Assembly: GCA_950097015.1 (NCBI GenBank)
Contig: CATNEN010000003.1
Location: forward strand, 1,674,001 to 1,738,000
Length of the DNA stretch: 64,000 nt
Reading direction: 5' to 3'
Origin: Macrostomum hystrix
Lineage: Eukaryota > Animalia > Platyhelminthes
The notes under the pieces were generated by a model. It made no database searches. It had not been told where the DNA came from and worked only from the letters and a program-made list of their open reading frames with translations. Position 1 is the first letter of the stretch; every line of letters starts with the position of its first letter. The position numbers were made by a program, and so were the translations under genes. Shown here piece by piece: positions 13,101 to 24,916 of this stretch.

Positions 13101-16100
13101 AACTACTCAAAGGCTTCTCTAACAACTCAAAGGCTTCTCTAACAACTCAAACGCTTCTCTAACAACTCAAACGCTTCTCTAACGACTCAAACGCTTCTCT
13201 AACAACTCAAAGGCTTCTCTAACGACTCAAACGCTTCTCTAACGACTCAAACGCTTCTCTAACGACTGAAACGCTTCTCTAACAACTCAAAGGCTTCTCT
13301 AACGACTCAAACGCTTCTCTAACAACTCAAAGGCTTCTCTAACGACTCAAACGCTTCTCTAACGACTCAAACGCTTCTCTAACAACTCAAAGGCTTCTCT
13401 AACGACTCAAACGCTTCTCTAACGACTCAAACGCTTCTCTAACAACTCAAACGCTTCTCTAACAACTCAAAGGCTTCTCTAACAACTCAAAGGCTTCTCT
13501 AACGACTCAAACGCTTCTCTAACAACTCAAAGGCTTCTCTAACGACTCAAACGCTTCTCTAACAACTCAAAGGCTTCTCTAACAACTCAAACGCTTCTCT
13601 AACAACTCAAACGCTTCTCTAACGACTGAAACGCTTCGCTAACAACTCAAAGGCTTCTCTAACGACTCAAACGCTTCTCTAACAACTCAAAGGCTTCTCT
13701 AACAACTCAAACGCTTCTCTAACAACTCAAAGGCTTCTCTAACAACTCAAACGCTTCTCTAACGACTCAAACGCTTCTCTAACAACTCAAACGCTTCTCT
13801 AACGACTCAAACGCTTCTCTAACAACTCAAACGCTTCTCTAACGACTCAAACGCTTCTCTAACGACTCAAACGCTTCTCTAACGACTCAAACGCTTCTCT
13901 AACTACTCAAACGCTTCTCTAACGACTCAAACGCTTCTCTAACGACTCAAACGCTTCTCTAACAACTCAAAGGCTTCTCTAACGACTCAAACGCTTCTCT
14001 AACGACTCAAACGCTTCTCTAACGACTCAAACGCTTCTCTAACGACTCAAACGCTTCTCTAACGACTCAAACGCTTCTCTAACGACTCAAACGCTTCTCT
14101 AACGACTCAAACGCTTCTCTAACGACTCAAACGCTTCTCTAACTACTCAAATGCTTCTCTAACAACTCAAACGCTTCTCTAACTACTCAAAGGCTTCTCT
14201 AACGACTCAAACGCTTCTCTAACGACTCAAACGCTTCTCTAACTACTCAAATGCTTCTCTAACGACTCAAAGGCTTCTCTAACGACTCAAACGCTTCTCT
14301 AACAACTCAAAGGCTTCTCTAACTACTCAAACGCTTCTCTAACAACTCAAACGCTTCTCTAACGGCTCTTCAATGATATCGTCGTTTTGATATGTATTTT
14401 ATGTAAAACCGCCTATTAAAGGCGTTAAAGATATACTTTTAAAAGTGTCTGTCCGTTATAGAGGCAATGGAGTGATTGCAGAGTCATTGCTGAGGCGACG
14501 CTGAAGCAAAGTGACACATTCGCATCTAGAGTGACAATCAAGGGTGATACGATCATGATACGACTCCTAAAATGTGATTGGTTTTTTATAGTAATGCTTC
14601 TTAAAGTACAATCTGTGTTGTCAACGTTTCCAGGCGCACGCCTCCAATCCTGACGATCCTCCAAGTCACATGAATCCCACCAGACAGCCGAGACTTCCTG
14701 TGCACTCCGTCGGTGTGTCACTGTTCGGCTTCGGGGCCAGAGACGCAGCCAGGCATTTTATTGAGCGCTGGAATTTCGCTAGAAACGATTCCGTTAGAAT
14801 GGGTGAGTCAACGAGGATTCTATTAGGAAATTGTGATTCCATTATTCGCTGTCAATATTATTTCTTAACAATTTCTCCGTCTCCAGTGCGCAGTGCATTC
14901 AATGTATGCTCCAGCTACAAGTTGGCCGTTGAGTTTCTGAAAATTCCTCTGCTAGCTCCTCGCTGCTACGCCAAGCACGATCTGGAAGATTTCGAGACTC
15001 GAGTTGGTCGCCGTTTCTTCCTGCACCCGCTGAGCGACCTACTGTTGCACAATCCAGATGGCGATGAATCGTTCGCGAAGACCAACATCAACTTTCTACA
15101 CCTGAACCTTACCGAGCAGAACGGTGCTAGCGGCCGAGACGGACGCCGAAGCGACATCGTTAAAGACTACGAAGAGGACGCTAGAGGCCTTCGTCAGCTT
15201 CTGGCAACAGAAACTGCGGTTAAGCAACTGCAAGAGAAACAGTTTACAGTGGAGAATAAGAAATCAGAGCTGCTGGTGGAGGATGAGGTGAGTCTCTTGA
15301 TTTTGTTGCCAAGATTTGAGGCTTTTGTAAACTACATTCTGTATCCTAAATTTCATTTCTGCATCCTAGAGTTTATTCTGTATCTTAAAGTACATTCTCT
15401 GTATCCTAAAGTACATTTAGTATCCTAAAGTACTTTATGTACCCTAAAGTATATTCTGTATCCTAAAGTACATTTTGTATCCTAAAGTACATTATGTACC
15501 CTAAAGTACATAATGTATTCTAAAGTACATTCCGTATTCTAAAGTATATTCTCCAGCGGGTCTACTGTCATCAAATTATTTACCAGCGCCCGTAGCCAGA
15601 CCACCATCAAGCTTCAATTAAAAAATTGTTATAATTTTTTAGATTTAAAAGTACAAACGGAATCATGATTTGAAAACGCAGGAATTCGTCAACTGCATGG
15701 AACGCCTCGGTCAAGACCGCGGCCTGCACACATGCAAAGTGTCCCTGCTGAGATCGCTTGGTCGATGGTCTGGCGGTACTCAACGCTACGCGGAGGAGAA
15801 CAGTATCCTATTAGCCTATTACAATACCATTTCGCAGGCCAAGCGATTTGTTTACATTGAGAACGAGCTGTTCATTTCGCAGGGTCGCAATCGACCATTG
15901 GACGTGACTATTAAGAATAGGATTTCCTTTTATCTGTACAGGCGAATTATGCAGGTAAGAACTGATTTGGATTAAGCAAGTTTTAAGCAAGCAATAAAAC
16001 AAGCAAGCAAGCATTTAAACTCTCACATGGTCATAGCTTATAGCTCAATGGTCATAGCTCATGAAAGCGGTCATGTGATCAGGAAAATTATTATATAGCA

Positions 16101-19100
16101 ATTAAAGCGGTCATAGCATTATTAAGATAAATAGTCCAAATAGTCATTTTAATTAGACACTTGATGATGATAGTGAAAGGGTCGTAGTCATTTGATCGTG
16201 AAACTGGTCATGGGATCGTGAAACTGGTCATGGGATCGTGAAACTGGTCATTGGATCGTGAAACTGGTCATGGGATCGTGAAACTGGTCATTGGATCGTG
16301 AAACTGGTCATTGGATCGTGAAACTGGTCATTGGATCGTGAAACTGGTCATGGGATCGTGAAACTGGTCATAGGATCGTGAAACTTGTCATGGGATCGTG
16401 AAACTGGTCATTGGATCGTGAAACTGGTCATTGGATCGTGAAACTGGTCATGGGATCGTGAAACTGGTCATTGGATCGTGAAACTGGTCATGGGATCGTG
16501 AAACTGGTCATGGGATCGTGAAACTGATCATGCCATCGTGAAACTGGTCATTGGATCGTGAAACTGGTCATGGCATCGTGAAACTGGTCATGGGATCGTG
16601 AAACTGGTCATTGGATCGTGAAACTGGTCATTGGATCGTGAAACTGGTCATGGGATCGTGAAACTAGTCATGCCATCGTGAAACTGGTCATGGGATCGTG
16701 AAACTGGTCATGCCATCGTGAAACTGGTCATGGGATCGTGAAACTGGTCATTGGATCGTGAAACTGGTCATGGGATCGTGAAACTGGTCATTGGATCGTG
16801 AAACTGGTCATTGGATCGTGAAACTGGTCATGGGATCGTGAAACTGGTCATAGGATCGTGAAACTGGTCATGGGATCGTGAAACTGGTCATTGGATCGTG
16901 AAACTGGTCATTGGATCGTGAAACTGGTCATGGGATCGTGAAACTGGTCATTGGATCGTGAAACTGGTCATGGGATCGTGAAACTGGTCATGGGATCGTG
17001 AAACTGATCATGCCATCGTGAAACTGGTCATTGGATCGTGAAACTGGTCATGGCATCGTGAAACTGGTCATGGGATCGTGAAACTGGTCATTGGATCGTG
17101 AAACTGGTCATGGGATCGTGAAACTGGTCATGGGATCGTGAAACTGGTCATTGGATCGTGAAACTGGTCATTGGATCGTGAAACTGGTCATTGGATCTTG
17201 AAACTGGTCATGGGATCGTGAAACTGGTCATTGGATCGTGAAACCTGTCATGGGATCGTGAAACTGGTCATGGGATCGTGAAACTGGTCATGGGATCGTG
17301 AAACTGGTCATTGGATCTTGAAACTGGTCATGGGATCGTGAAACTGGTCATGCCATCGTGAAACTGGTCATTGGATCGTGAAATTGGTCATTGGATCGTG
17401 AAACTGGTCATGGGATCGTGAAACTGGTCATGCCATCGTGAAACTGGTCATTGGATCGTGAAACTGGTCATTGGCTGAGGAAGATATTTATGATATTTTA
17501 AAAGTGATCATTTAAAAAATTTTGAAATAGCATCTAAAGAGCAATAAAGTTATAAATATATATTATAGGAGTAATTACATGTGCAGATCGTCTTTCAGGC
17601 TAGAATAATACTACTATCAGCTTGCAAATCACAACGTCTTCTTTCTATGTAGGCCCGAAGCAAAAACGAATCATTCAAGGTGTACATCGTCATTCCACAA
17701 TTTCCAATACACGACGGCCAATTATTGAGTGAACTGCGGGGCGACTATACAAGCCGTAAGCAGATGCATTACATCTATCATACTATATTCCGTGGCGAGG
17801 ACTCGCTGGCGCATCGCCTACTCCAAAGGCACATTGCCCCGAAAGAATACCTGAGCGTTTGTTGTCTGCAGAAATTTGAACGCCTCCCAGACGGCTGGCT
17901 AGCTCAGGAGATCTACGTTCAGAGCAACTTGATCATCGCCGACGATAAAGTGGCGGTCATTGGCAGCGCCAGGATTGCCGACCATTCACTGCTCGGTTGG
18001 CGAAACACTGAACTCGCCATCCGTGTGGACGATACGGGATTTGTCCGAAGCCTGCGACTGGCTCTGTGGGGCGAACACCTGGACATTCTGCCTACCGACA
18101 GGGAGAGGCTTATCGCTGATCCTGGCGACATGCAAGCTTGGAAACTGTGGAATTCTCAGGCTATGAGTAATTCGGCCATCATGCAGGAGGTAGGACACTA
18201 ACCATTTCAACTGAATAGGATTAGCTGCCTCACTGAATAGGATTAGCCACCTCACTGAATAGGATTAGCTGCCTCACTGAATAGGATTAGCTACCTCATT
18301 GTATAGGATTAGCTGCCTCACTGAATAGGATTAGCCACCTCACTGAATAGGATTAGCTGCCTCACTGAATAGGATTAGCTGCCTCACTGAATAGGATTAG
18401 CTGCCTCACTGAATAGGATTAGCTGCCTCACTGAATAGGATTAGCTGCCTCACTGAATAGGATTAGCTGCCTCACTGAATAGGATTAGCTACCTCACTGA
18501 ATAGGATTGGCTGCCTCATTGTATAGGATTAGCTGCCTCACTGAATAGGATTAGCTGCCTCATTGTATAGGATTAGCTGCCTCACTGAATAGGATTAGCT
18601 ACCTCATTGTATAGGATTAGCTGCCTCACTGAATAGGATTAGCTGCCTCACTGAATAGGATTAGCTACCTCACTGAATAGGATTAGCTACCTCACTGAAT
18701 AGGATAAGCTACCTCACTGAATAGGATTAGGTACCTCACTGAATAGGATTAGCTACCTCACTGTATAGGATTAGCTGCCTCACTGAATAGGATTAGGTAC
18801 CTCACTGAATAGGATTAGCTGCCTCACTGAATAGGATTAGCTACCTCACTGAATAGGATTAGCTACCTCACTGAATAGGATTAGCTGCCTCACTGAATAG
18901 GATTAGCTGCCTCACTGAATAGGATTAGCTGCCTCACTGAATAGGATTAGCTGCCTCACTGAATAGGATTAGCTGCCTCACTGAATAGGATTAGCTGCCT
19001 CACTGAATAGGATTAGCTGCCTCACTGAATAGGATTAGCTGCCTCACTGAATAGGATTAGCTACCTCACTGAATAGGATTGGCTGCCTCATTGTATAGGA

Positions 19101-20408
19101 TTAGCTGCCTCACTGAATAGGATTAGCTGCCTCATTGTATAGGATTAGCTGCCTCACTGAATAGGATTAGCTACCTCATTGTATAGGATTAGCTGCCTCA
19201 CTGAATAGGATTAGCTGCCTCACTGAATAGGATTAGCCACCTCACTGAATAGGATTAGCTACCTCACTGAATAGGATAAGCTACCTCACTGAATAGGATT
19301 AGGTACCTCACTGAATAGGATTAGCTACCTCACTGTATAGGATTAGCTGCCTCACTGAATAGGATTAGGTACCTCACTGAATAGGATTAGCTGCCTCACT
19401 GAATAGGATTAGCTGCCTCACTGAATAGGATTAGCTGCCTCACTGAATAGGATTAGCTGCCTCACTAAATAGGATTAGCTACCTCACTGAATAGGATTAG
19501 CCACCTCACTGAATAGGATTAGCTGCCTCACTGAATTGGATTAGCTGGCTCACTGAATAGGATTAGCTGCCTCACTGAATAGGATTAGCTGCCTCACTGA
19601 ATAGGATTAGCCACCTCACTGAATAGGATTAGCTGCCTCACTGAATTGGATTAGCTGGCTCACTGAATAGGATTAGCTACCTCACTGAATAGGATTAGCT
19701 ACCTCACTGAATAGGATTAGCTGCCTCACTGAATAGGATTAGCTGCCTCATTGTATAGGATTAGCTGCCTCACTGAATAGGATTAGCTACCTCATTGTAT
19801 AGGATTAGCTGCCTCACTGAATAGGATTAGCTGCCTCATTGTATAGGATTAGCTGCCTCACTGAATAGGATTAGCTACCTCACTGAATAGGATTAGCTGG
19901 CTCACTGAATAGGATTAGCTGCCTCATTGAATAGGATTAGCTGCCTCATTGAATAGGATTAGCAACCACACTGTATAGGATTAGCAACCACACTGAATAG
20001 GAAGAGAGAACTAAATACGTTACTGATAGAGATAAGCTAGTCTATATGCGATTAGCTTATTCTATGAATGGATTTGGCTGTAAATCACATTCCATTGTCT
20101 CAGCATCCGAGCAAACCAATCAGCTCAATGAAATCTGGCAGGTGTTCCGCTCGTTGCCAAACAATTCTGCCTACACAATCGACCGCCTTCGCGACTTCTC
20201 TTCAGTAGCCTACCTGCGCAGGCGCGCGAAACTGTACGCCCCGAGTCGGGAAACCATGGCCCAGGGCCTTGAACGACTGTGCCAAGTCAAAGGCCATCTG
20301 GTGTTTTGCAGCGGCTGTTTCATGGAAGGCAGTCAACTGCTGAGAGTGCCGAACGTGGATCAAAAGTGGCGATCGTGGTTGTTCTGGCCGGATTTCGCTT
20401 TAGTTTGA
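564..20408 (+). CDS. Phospholipase D1/2-like protein, 3' part (5' exons lie upstream of the window); both HKD motifs degenerate
   Basis: Phase-consistent GT-AG exons: ~564-867 (acceptor uncertain, 564 or 604), 1193-1326, 1883-2116, 2503-2683, 3965-4316, 5299-5699, 6543-7040, 14634-14802, 14887-15287, 15682-15954, 17653-18189, 20142-20408. PLD1-type motifs occur in order: VHVLLHP; FCHNEKLVVIDQKVALISAVDLTWGVWD; TRLFPGLDYWN; PRLPVHS..ARDAARHFIERWNF; LLRSLGRWSGG..EENSI..VYIENELFIS; IYVQSNLIIADDKVAVIGSARIADHSLLGWRNTELA; VFRSLPNN..VKGHLV. Confidence 0.9.
1408..1705 (-). mobile_element. tRNA-derived SINE, family A
   Basis: Minus strand begins with A-box-like TGGCAGAGCGG and B-box-like AGTTCGATTCC and ends GCGGGTCTAGTGTCACCAAATGA. 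Four other copies occur in the window (48168, 49573, 55947, 62421). Confidence 0.8.
2800..3770 (+). repeat. 16-bp minisatellite (TCTCCCGTGTCTCATC)n
   Basis: Tandem units in the PLD intron; source of the spurious VSHLSRVSSLPCLIS ORFs. Confidence 0.95.
4420..5232 (-). repeat. Same 16-bp minisatellite in inverted orientation (GAGACACGGGAGAGAT)n
   Basis: Reverse complement of the 2800-3770 unit. Confidence 0.95.
5950..6527. repeat. 21-bp minisatellite (ATGACCTACTCTAATGATCCT)n
   Basis: Tandem units in the PLD intron; source of the MTYSNDP ORF. Confidence 0.95.
7090..14365. repeat. ~7.3 kb 20-bp satellite (AACGACTCAAACGCTTCTCT)n filling one PLD intron
   Basis: About 360 units in perfect register with few variant positions. 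Confidence 0.98.
15330..15550. repeat. Degenerate ~20-bp minisatellite (TCCTAAAGTACATTCTGTA-like)
   Basis: Visible tandem units in the PLD intron. Confidence 0.8.
16195..17473. repeat. 20-bp minisatellite (AAACTGGTCATGGGATCGTG)n
   Basis: Tandem units in the PLD intron. Confidence 0.95.
18211..20000. repeat. 22-bp minisatellite (CTGAATAGGATTAGCTGCCTCA)n
   Basis: Tandem units filling the last PLD intron. Confidence 0.95.
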
Positions 20409-22950
20409 AAATTGTAATTCGCTACTAAAAACACTTTATAGCTTAAACTATGAAACCGAAGCGTACCAAACAGAAACTAAAAAAGATAGCGGCTATTTTG
20501 AATTAGTGCGAAACAAGCCTATTTATTCTAAGAAATCAATTATTAGATCTGATAATTTTGATGCCCAATTTTATGGCCCAAATCGCTTAATTCTAATACA
20601 GAAGTTGGTAATATTTAAATTAGTAGATTAAAAGCGTAGTTTAACAAGTACTGTTTTAAAAAAAAAAGAGTTTGAAATTTCCCCACCCTGAAACAGTTTT
20701 TGCCAGCGCCTGAATGCTTTGGGGGTGACTGATTGGTTGACAGACTAGTCGAGGGTGTCCTGTGGTTGAGCTACGCCTAATAGTTAGACTTGAACAGTGA
20801 AATTGGAGATATTCGCGTCAGGGTGTCCATAGTGGCCTAGTTACACCTGTTGTAGCTCTTGAAGGTCTAGATAGATAAGAGAGATAGATCTAGATAAAGG
20901 TCGGTGACCACCGAAGTCGGAGATGATGCAAGCACACTCGGGTGACATGCTGATAAAGTTTGAAGGTCTGGAAAGGCCGCACTGAGGCGCGGTGCAAATT
21001 CGTGTATGGGGTGTATGAAATACACTAGCTCTTATGGGAAAAATCGGACCTTCGGCCAGAAACATTGAATATCTCGACGGTCTGAAAAGCTGGCGACTTG
21101 TTTCTTGTTTCAGAAGATGCGCAACAAAAAGTTGGCCCGTGTTCTTGAGTTTCGTGTGCTTGCATTGTTCCGTTCGGGTGCAGCGAAAAAAATTGCCAGG
21201 GGGGAGGGAAATTTCCTTCCCCTTGGTAGTTCTACTGTTAATCTGCTACTGTACGAACGGTTTTTAAGTAGTGTTATACGATTCAGAAAAGAAAGATGCA
21301 AATATCTGACAATTTTGAGTCTTAGTAATAAAAAAGATACCGTTTAGTTTTATCAATTCACTTATTTGTCTTTCGAAATACTTGAAATATATGAATTGAT
21401 CAAAATGCAACGGAAGTGGCTCATGATCTGTTTCCTCAATATATGACTAGATGAAGCATTTAAAGCAGATTTGTTTCTATTTTTGTTTTAAACACGGGAA
21501 CTCAAGACCTCTCGATCAGATATTTAAGCTCTGGTCGCTGGGGCTCACAAGACACGAGAAGATAATGTAGAGATGAAGAAATCTGACAATATCTGGCATT
21601 TGGCACACTGTAATTACAGCTGGGCTCTCTAATCAAAATGCGAGATTATTCAGAAAGAATTAAGGAACAGGTAGAGGCGGAGAATTCCAGGACAATCTCT
21701 CGCTTCTCTAATTTCTATAATTGATGCCCGACGCAAAATGACGAGCTAAAAAAAAGTCGATTGGACAACGGAATCACGCATCAGTTCTTCGACAGTTCGA
21801 CATTTACCCCGATACCCAACGCATCTGACGAAGCTGCTATCTTTTTCATTGTTAATTTGCGAACAGGGTTTTAGCTATAGAAATCCCAGTTTCCCAGTGT
21901 GTGTAATTATGAATTTTGGCCCGAGGGGCTAGGCTGCATAGACCGTGTGACAAGACCGCGAGACGGCGGAGGGAGGGTAGGAGAGAGAGCGCAATGATTT
22001 CGAGGCGAGCTCTTACAAAATCAATAACTAGACTTGGGGGTTGCAGAATTGCATTCGATTGGACGGCGCGGTAGGGGGAGAGAGGGAGACATTTCTCGGG
22101 GTTGGGAAAGAGATTCCGCGAGCATCATATCCCGAGCTTCAAGGCTATATAATGTGAGTGGCAGCCTATCTAGGTTTATAGCCGACCAGACCGGACTTGT
22201 CCGGCCACCTCGAGACCACCTCCCGCGGCTTCTCCACCCTCCCCCATCCTTACTCCCTGATCCCCAAACTCTCGCTCACTGTGAGATCCGTTCAATTTCC
22301 CTCTCATCGAAGGCATGGCGTGTATATTCGATCTCGACGTCGACTCCTGAGCCATCGGGTCAGAGAGGGATGGGGAAAATAACTGTGCGCTCAGGCTGAA
22401 CTAGGAGAAGGGAGTGGAGAGTTTAGGGGGGAGAGAAGAGGCTGGAGGAGTTAATTAATTAGCGCGGGGGGGTTTGGGGGGGCCGCAGCAGTTTGAGAAG
22501 AAATGGGAAAATGGAGAAACAGAAAGGAGAAGCGGGGGAGAGAGAGAAAGTGAGAGCGGAGAAAGAGAGTGAATTACTCAAACTGGGTGGGTGGCTAGTA
22601 AAGCCGCATTTTTTTCTTTTCATCGGAGAATTGACACCGTTAGTCAGGTAATTCTAGAGCCACGGGCTCAAGCGCAGCTGATAGGTGAGGCAAAGTTTGA
22701 AGGAAAGATCGGCGGAGAAAGTTATTAAAGCAGGAACAAGACCGATAGAAACCGGCTGGCAGACATGAGATAGACCTAGGTACACAGCAATAATAACTTC
22801 TGACAAATTTGTTAAGACCAGCCGAACCAATACGTCAGGATCTACCCAACCAATTCCATCGAGATCTACCAAGCCGATTCGTCGAAACCTACAGAACCAA
22901 GTCGTCAAAGTCGACCAAACAAAGGCGTCAAGACAAACGGACTGACCAAG

Positions 22951-24321
22951 ATGCAGCAGTCATCAAGGCCAGACGTCGCTGTCAAGTGTCACGGACACTC
23001 TTCGCCAAGTTCCAGCGAGAGGCGCAGCCGAACGAATTTCACAGCCGACCAGCTGGCTCAGCTAGAAGACGCCTTCAAGCGAACGCGATATCCGGATTCG
23101 ACAGATCGGGAAGAATTGGCTCGAGGATTAGGGCTGTCCGAGTCCAGAGTTCAGGTGTGTTTCGAATTCAATTTATTTGTTCCTTTATTTATCTAATTTA
23201 AAGCACTTAAAGAAGAATTAAATCTGGAAAAAAATTTCAAGGTGTGGTTTCAAAATCGCCGGGCCAAGAGTCGTCGAATTCGAAGTCAAGACGTCTCAAC
23301 TCAGGCCTGGTCCGAGGGCTGCTGCCAAAACGATTGCGGAGAAGGTACTGTACGCCCGGATGACTGCTTGAGTATTCTCAGGGAAAATTTATCAATTAGG
23401 ACTCGTACACCGAGTGGAGCTAATGGTTTTCACTTCGGGCATCTGACCCAATTTTTCCCCAAAAAGAAAGACAACGGGGTATTTCAAATACCCACTGCCT
23501 ACTTCACGAGAGCTCCCAAACCGAATGACCGATTTTCGGGAAAGTCCACCATATGGATCAACATTTTCCGACCTTTCCGCCTGTCTAACGAGAATCGTTA
23601 AATTTCTCGACGATGCCGACTATTCGTAATTCTTATGTTGTTCCAACGAATAGACCGGAAAATATTATATTGCGATTGGTTGAAAAGTTTTGGTAGATTA
23701 CTGGGAAAATTTGTGGGTGCCTGAAATACCCCGTGGTCTACCCCAGACCGTCGGATGGAAAAGCTGTACACGACCTGTGAGCAGCTTTCAATACTTTTTC
23801 AACTGAGCTACGTCTAGTTAGCTAGATCAATGCAATTGTATATTGCTCAATAAATTTATTCATTCATAAAACACCGATCTTGCTACTTCCCACATCGCGA
23901 TGCAGTAGTCAGAGTGGGACGCAGAGCAGGCAGTAAGAAGAGACGAACAATAGACAGCGGAAGTGCCACATCCACTAGCAATGCGCCAGACCTACAGCCA
24001 CAGCCGCCGCTGCTGCCGCCGCCGCCGCCGCCGCCCCAGCCACTACCGCCGGCGCCTCCATCATCGCTGCCGACGCTGTCCCTGACGTCGCTGCCCCCGC
24101 CGACAATGCTGTCGCAGTCCTCTTCAGACCTGCTGATGCAGCAAACCCTGGCAATAGGCAACTATTTGGCCATCTGTTCTCGCCTGGGCATTGTGCCGCG
24201 GATTCCGGCTCTGTTTCAACAGTTTTTCAGTCAATCATCAATTCAGAGTCCACATGTTGATGAACAGCAGAGTGACGCAACAGCACTGAGGACTCAGGAC
24301 AGCGAGTCAGCCTCGTCTTGA
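22951..24321 (+). CDS. Paired-class (Q50) homeobox transcription factor, SHOX-like
   Basis: Exons 22951-23154, 23242-23344, 23906-24321. Homeodomain [46 protein letters not shown]|[12 protein letters not shown] has the PRD-class intron between Q and [21 protein letters not shown] most resembles SHOX. Pro-rich C-terminus. Start codon uncertain. Confidence 0.88.
23469..23739. mobile_element. MITE-like element in homeobox intron 2
   Basis: Imperfect terminal inverted repeats AGACAACGGGGTATTTCAAATACCCAC ... GTGGGTGCCTGAAATACCCCGTGGTCT; no coding capacity; target-site duplication not clear. Confidence 0.6.
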
Positions 24322-24916
24322 GTTCGAAGTGAATTTTATTTTGTCAATCGAAATGAGCAACTCTGCTTAATTACGAATTATGAAAGTTGATTGACGGTGG
24401 AAAAATTTCGTTCATTGTTTCATTGCAACTTCAATTCTAAAAATATAATAGTAAATGGAAATTTTCGAAAGACCTTCAAATAAAAAAATGTGTGCTCCGT
24501 TTAAATTTAGTCACAGAAAAAAGGTATATTTCTTTATTAAAACGCACTTAGATCGCAACGTACTTAGGTATATTTATTTATCAAGTAGCTTCATGAAGAC
24601 AATGTATTTATCGCTGAGAATTGTTATGTTGTTGGGATTTTTAACACTGAGAATTTTATACAATGGTAAAAATGAAGTTCTTTCGACTCACACGACACTT
24701 GCAACACGGGAGCTTGTCGTGTCTAACTTGGGGCTGGTCGTCAATTTGACGCTCTTAAAATTGACGCAAAAAAATCGTATTTAGTAGTTAAAAACTGATG
24801 CGAAGCTCAGAAACAAACGAATTAATAGCACTATTTGATAAACGTCTCTCTGGCTATGAGAGTGTAGGATAAGAAGTAAAACTGTTCCTGAAAAATAAAC
24901 AACTTAGACTTTTTGT

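Noticed and set aside
7090-14365. CRISPR-like regular array
   Set aside because: No unique spacers, eukaryotic intronic context and no cas genes; it is a simple satellite.
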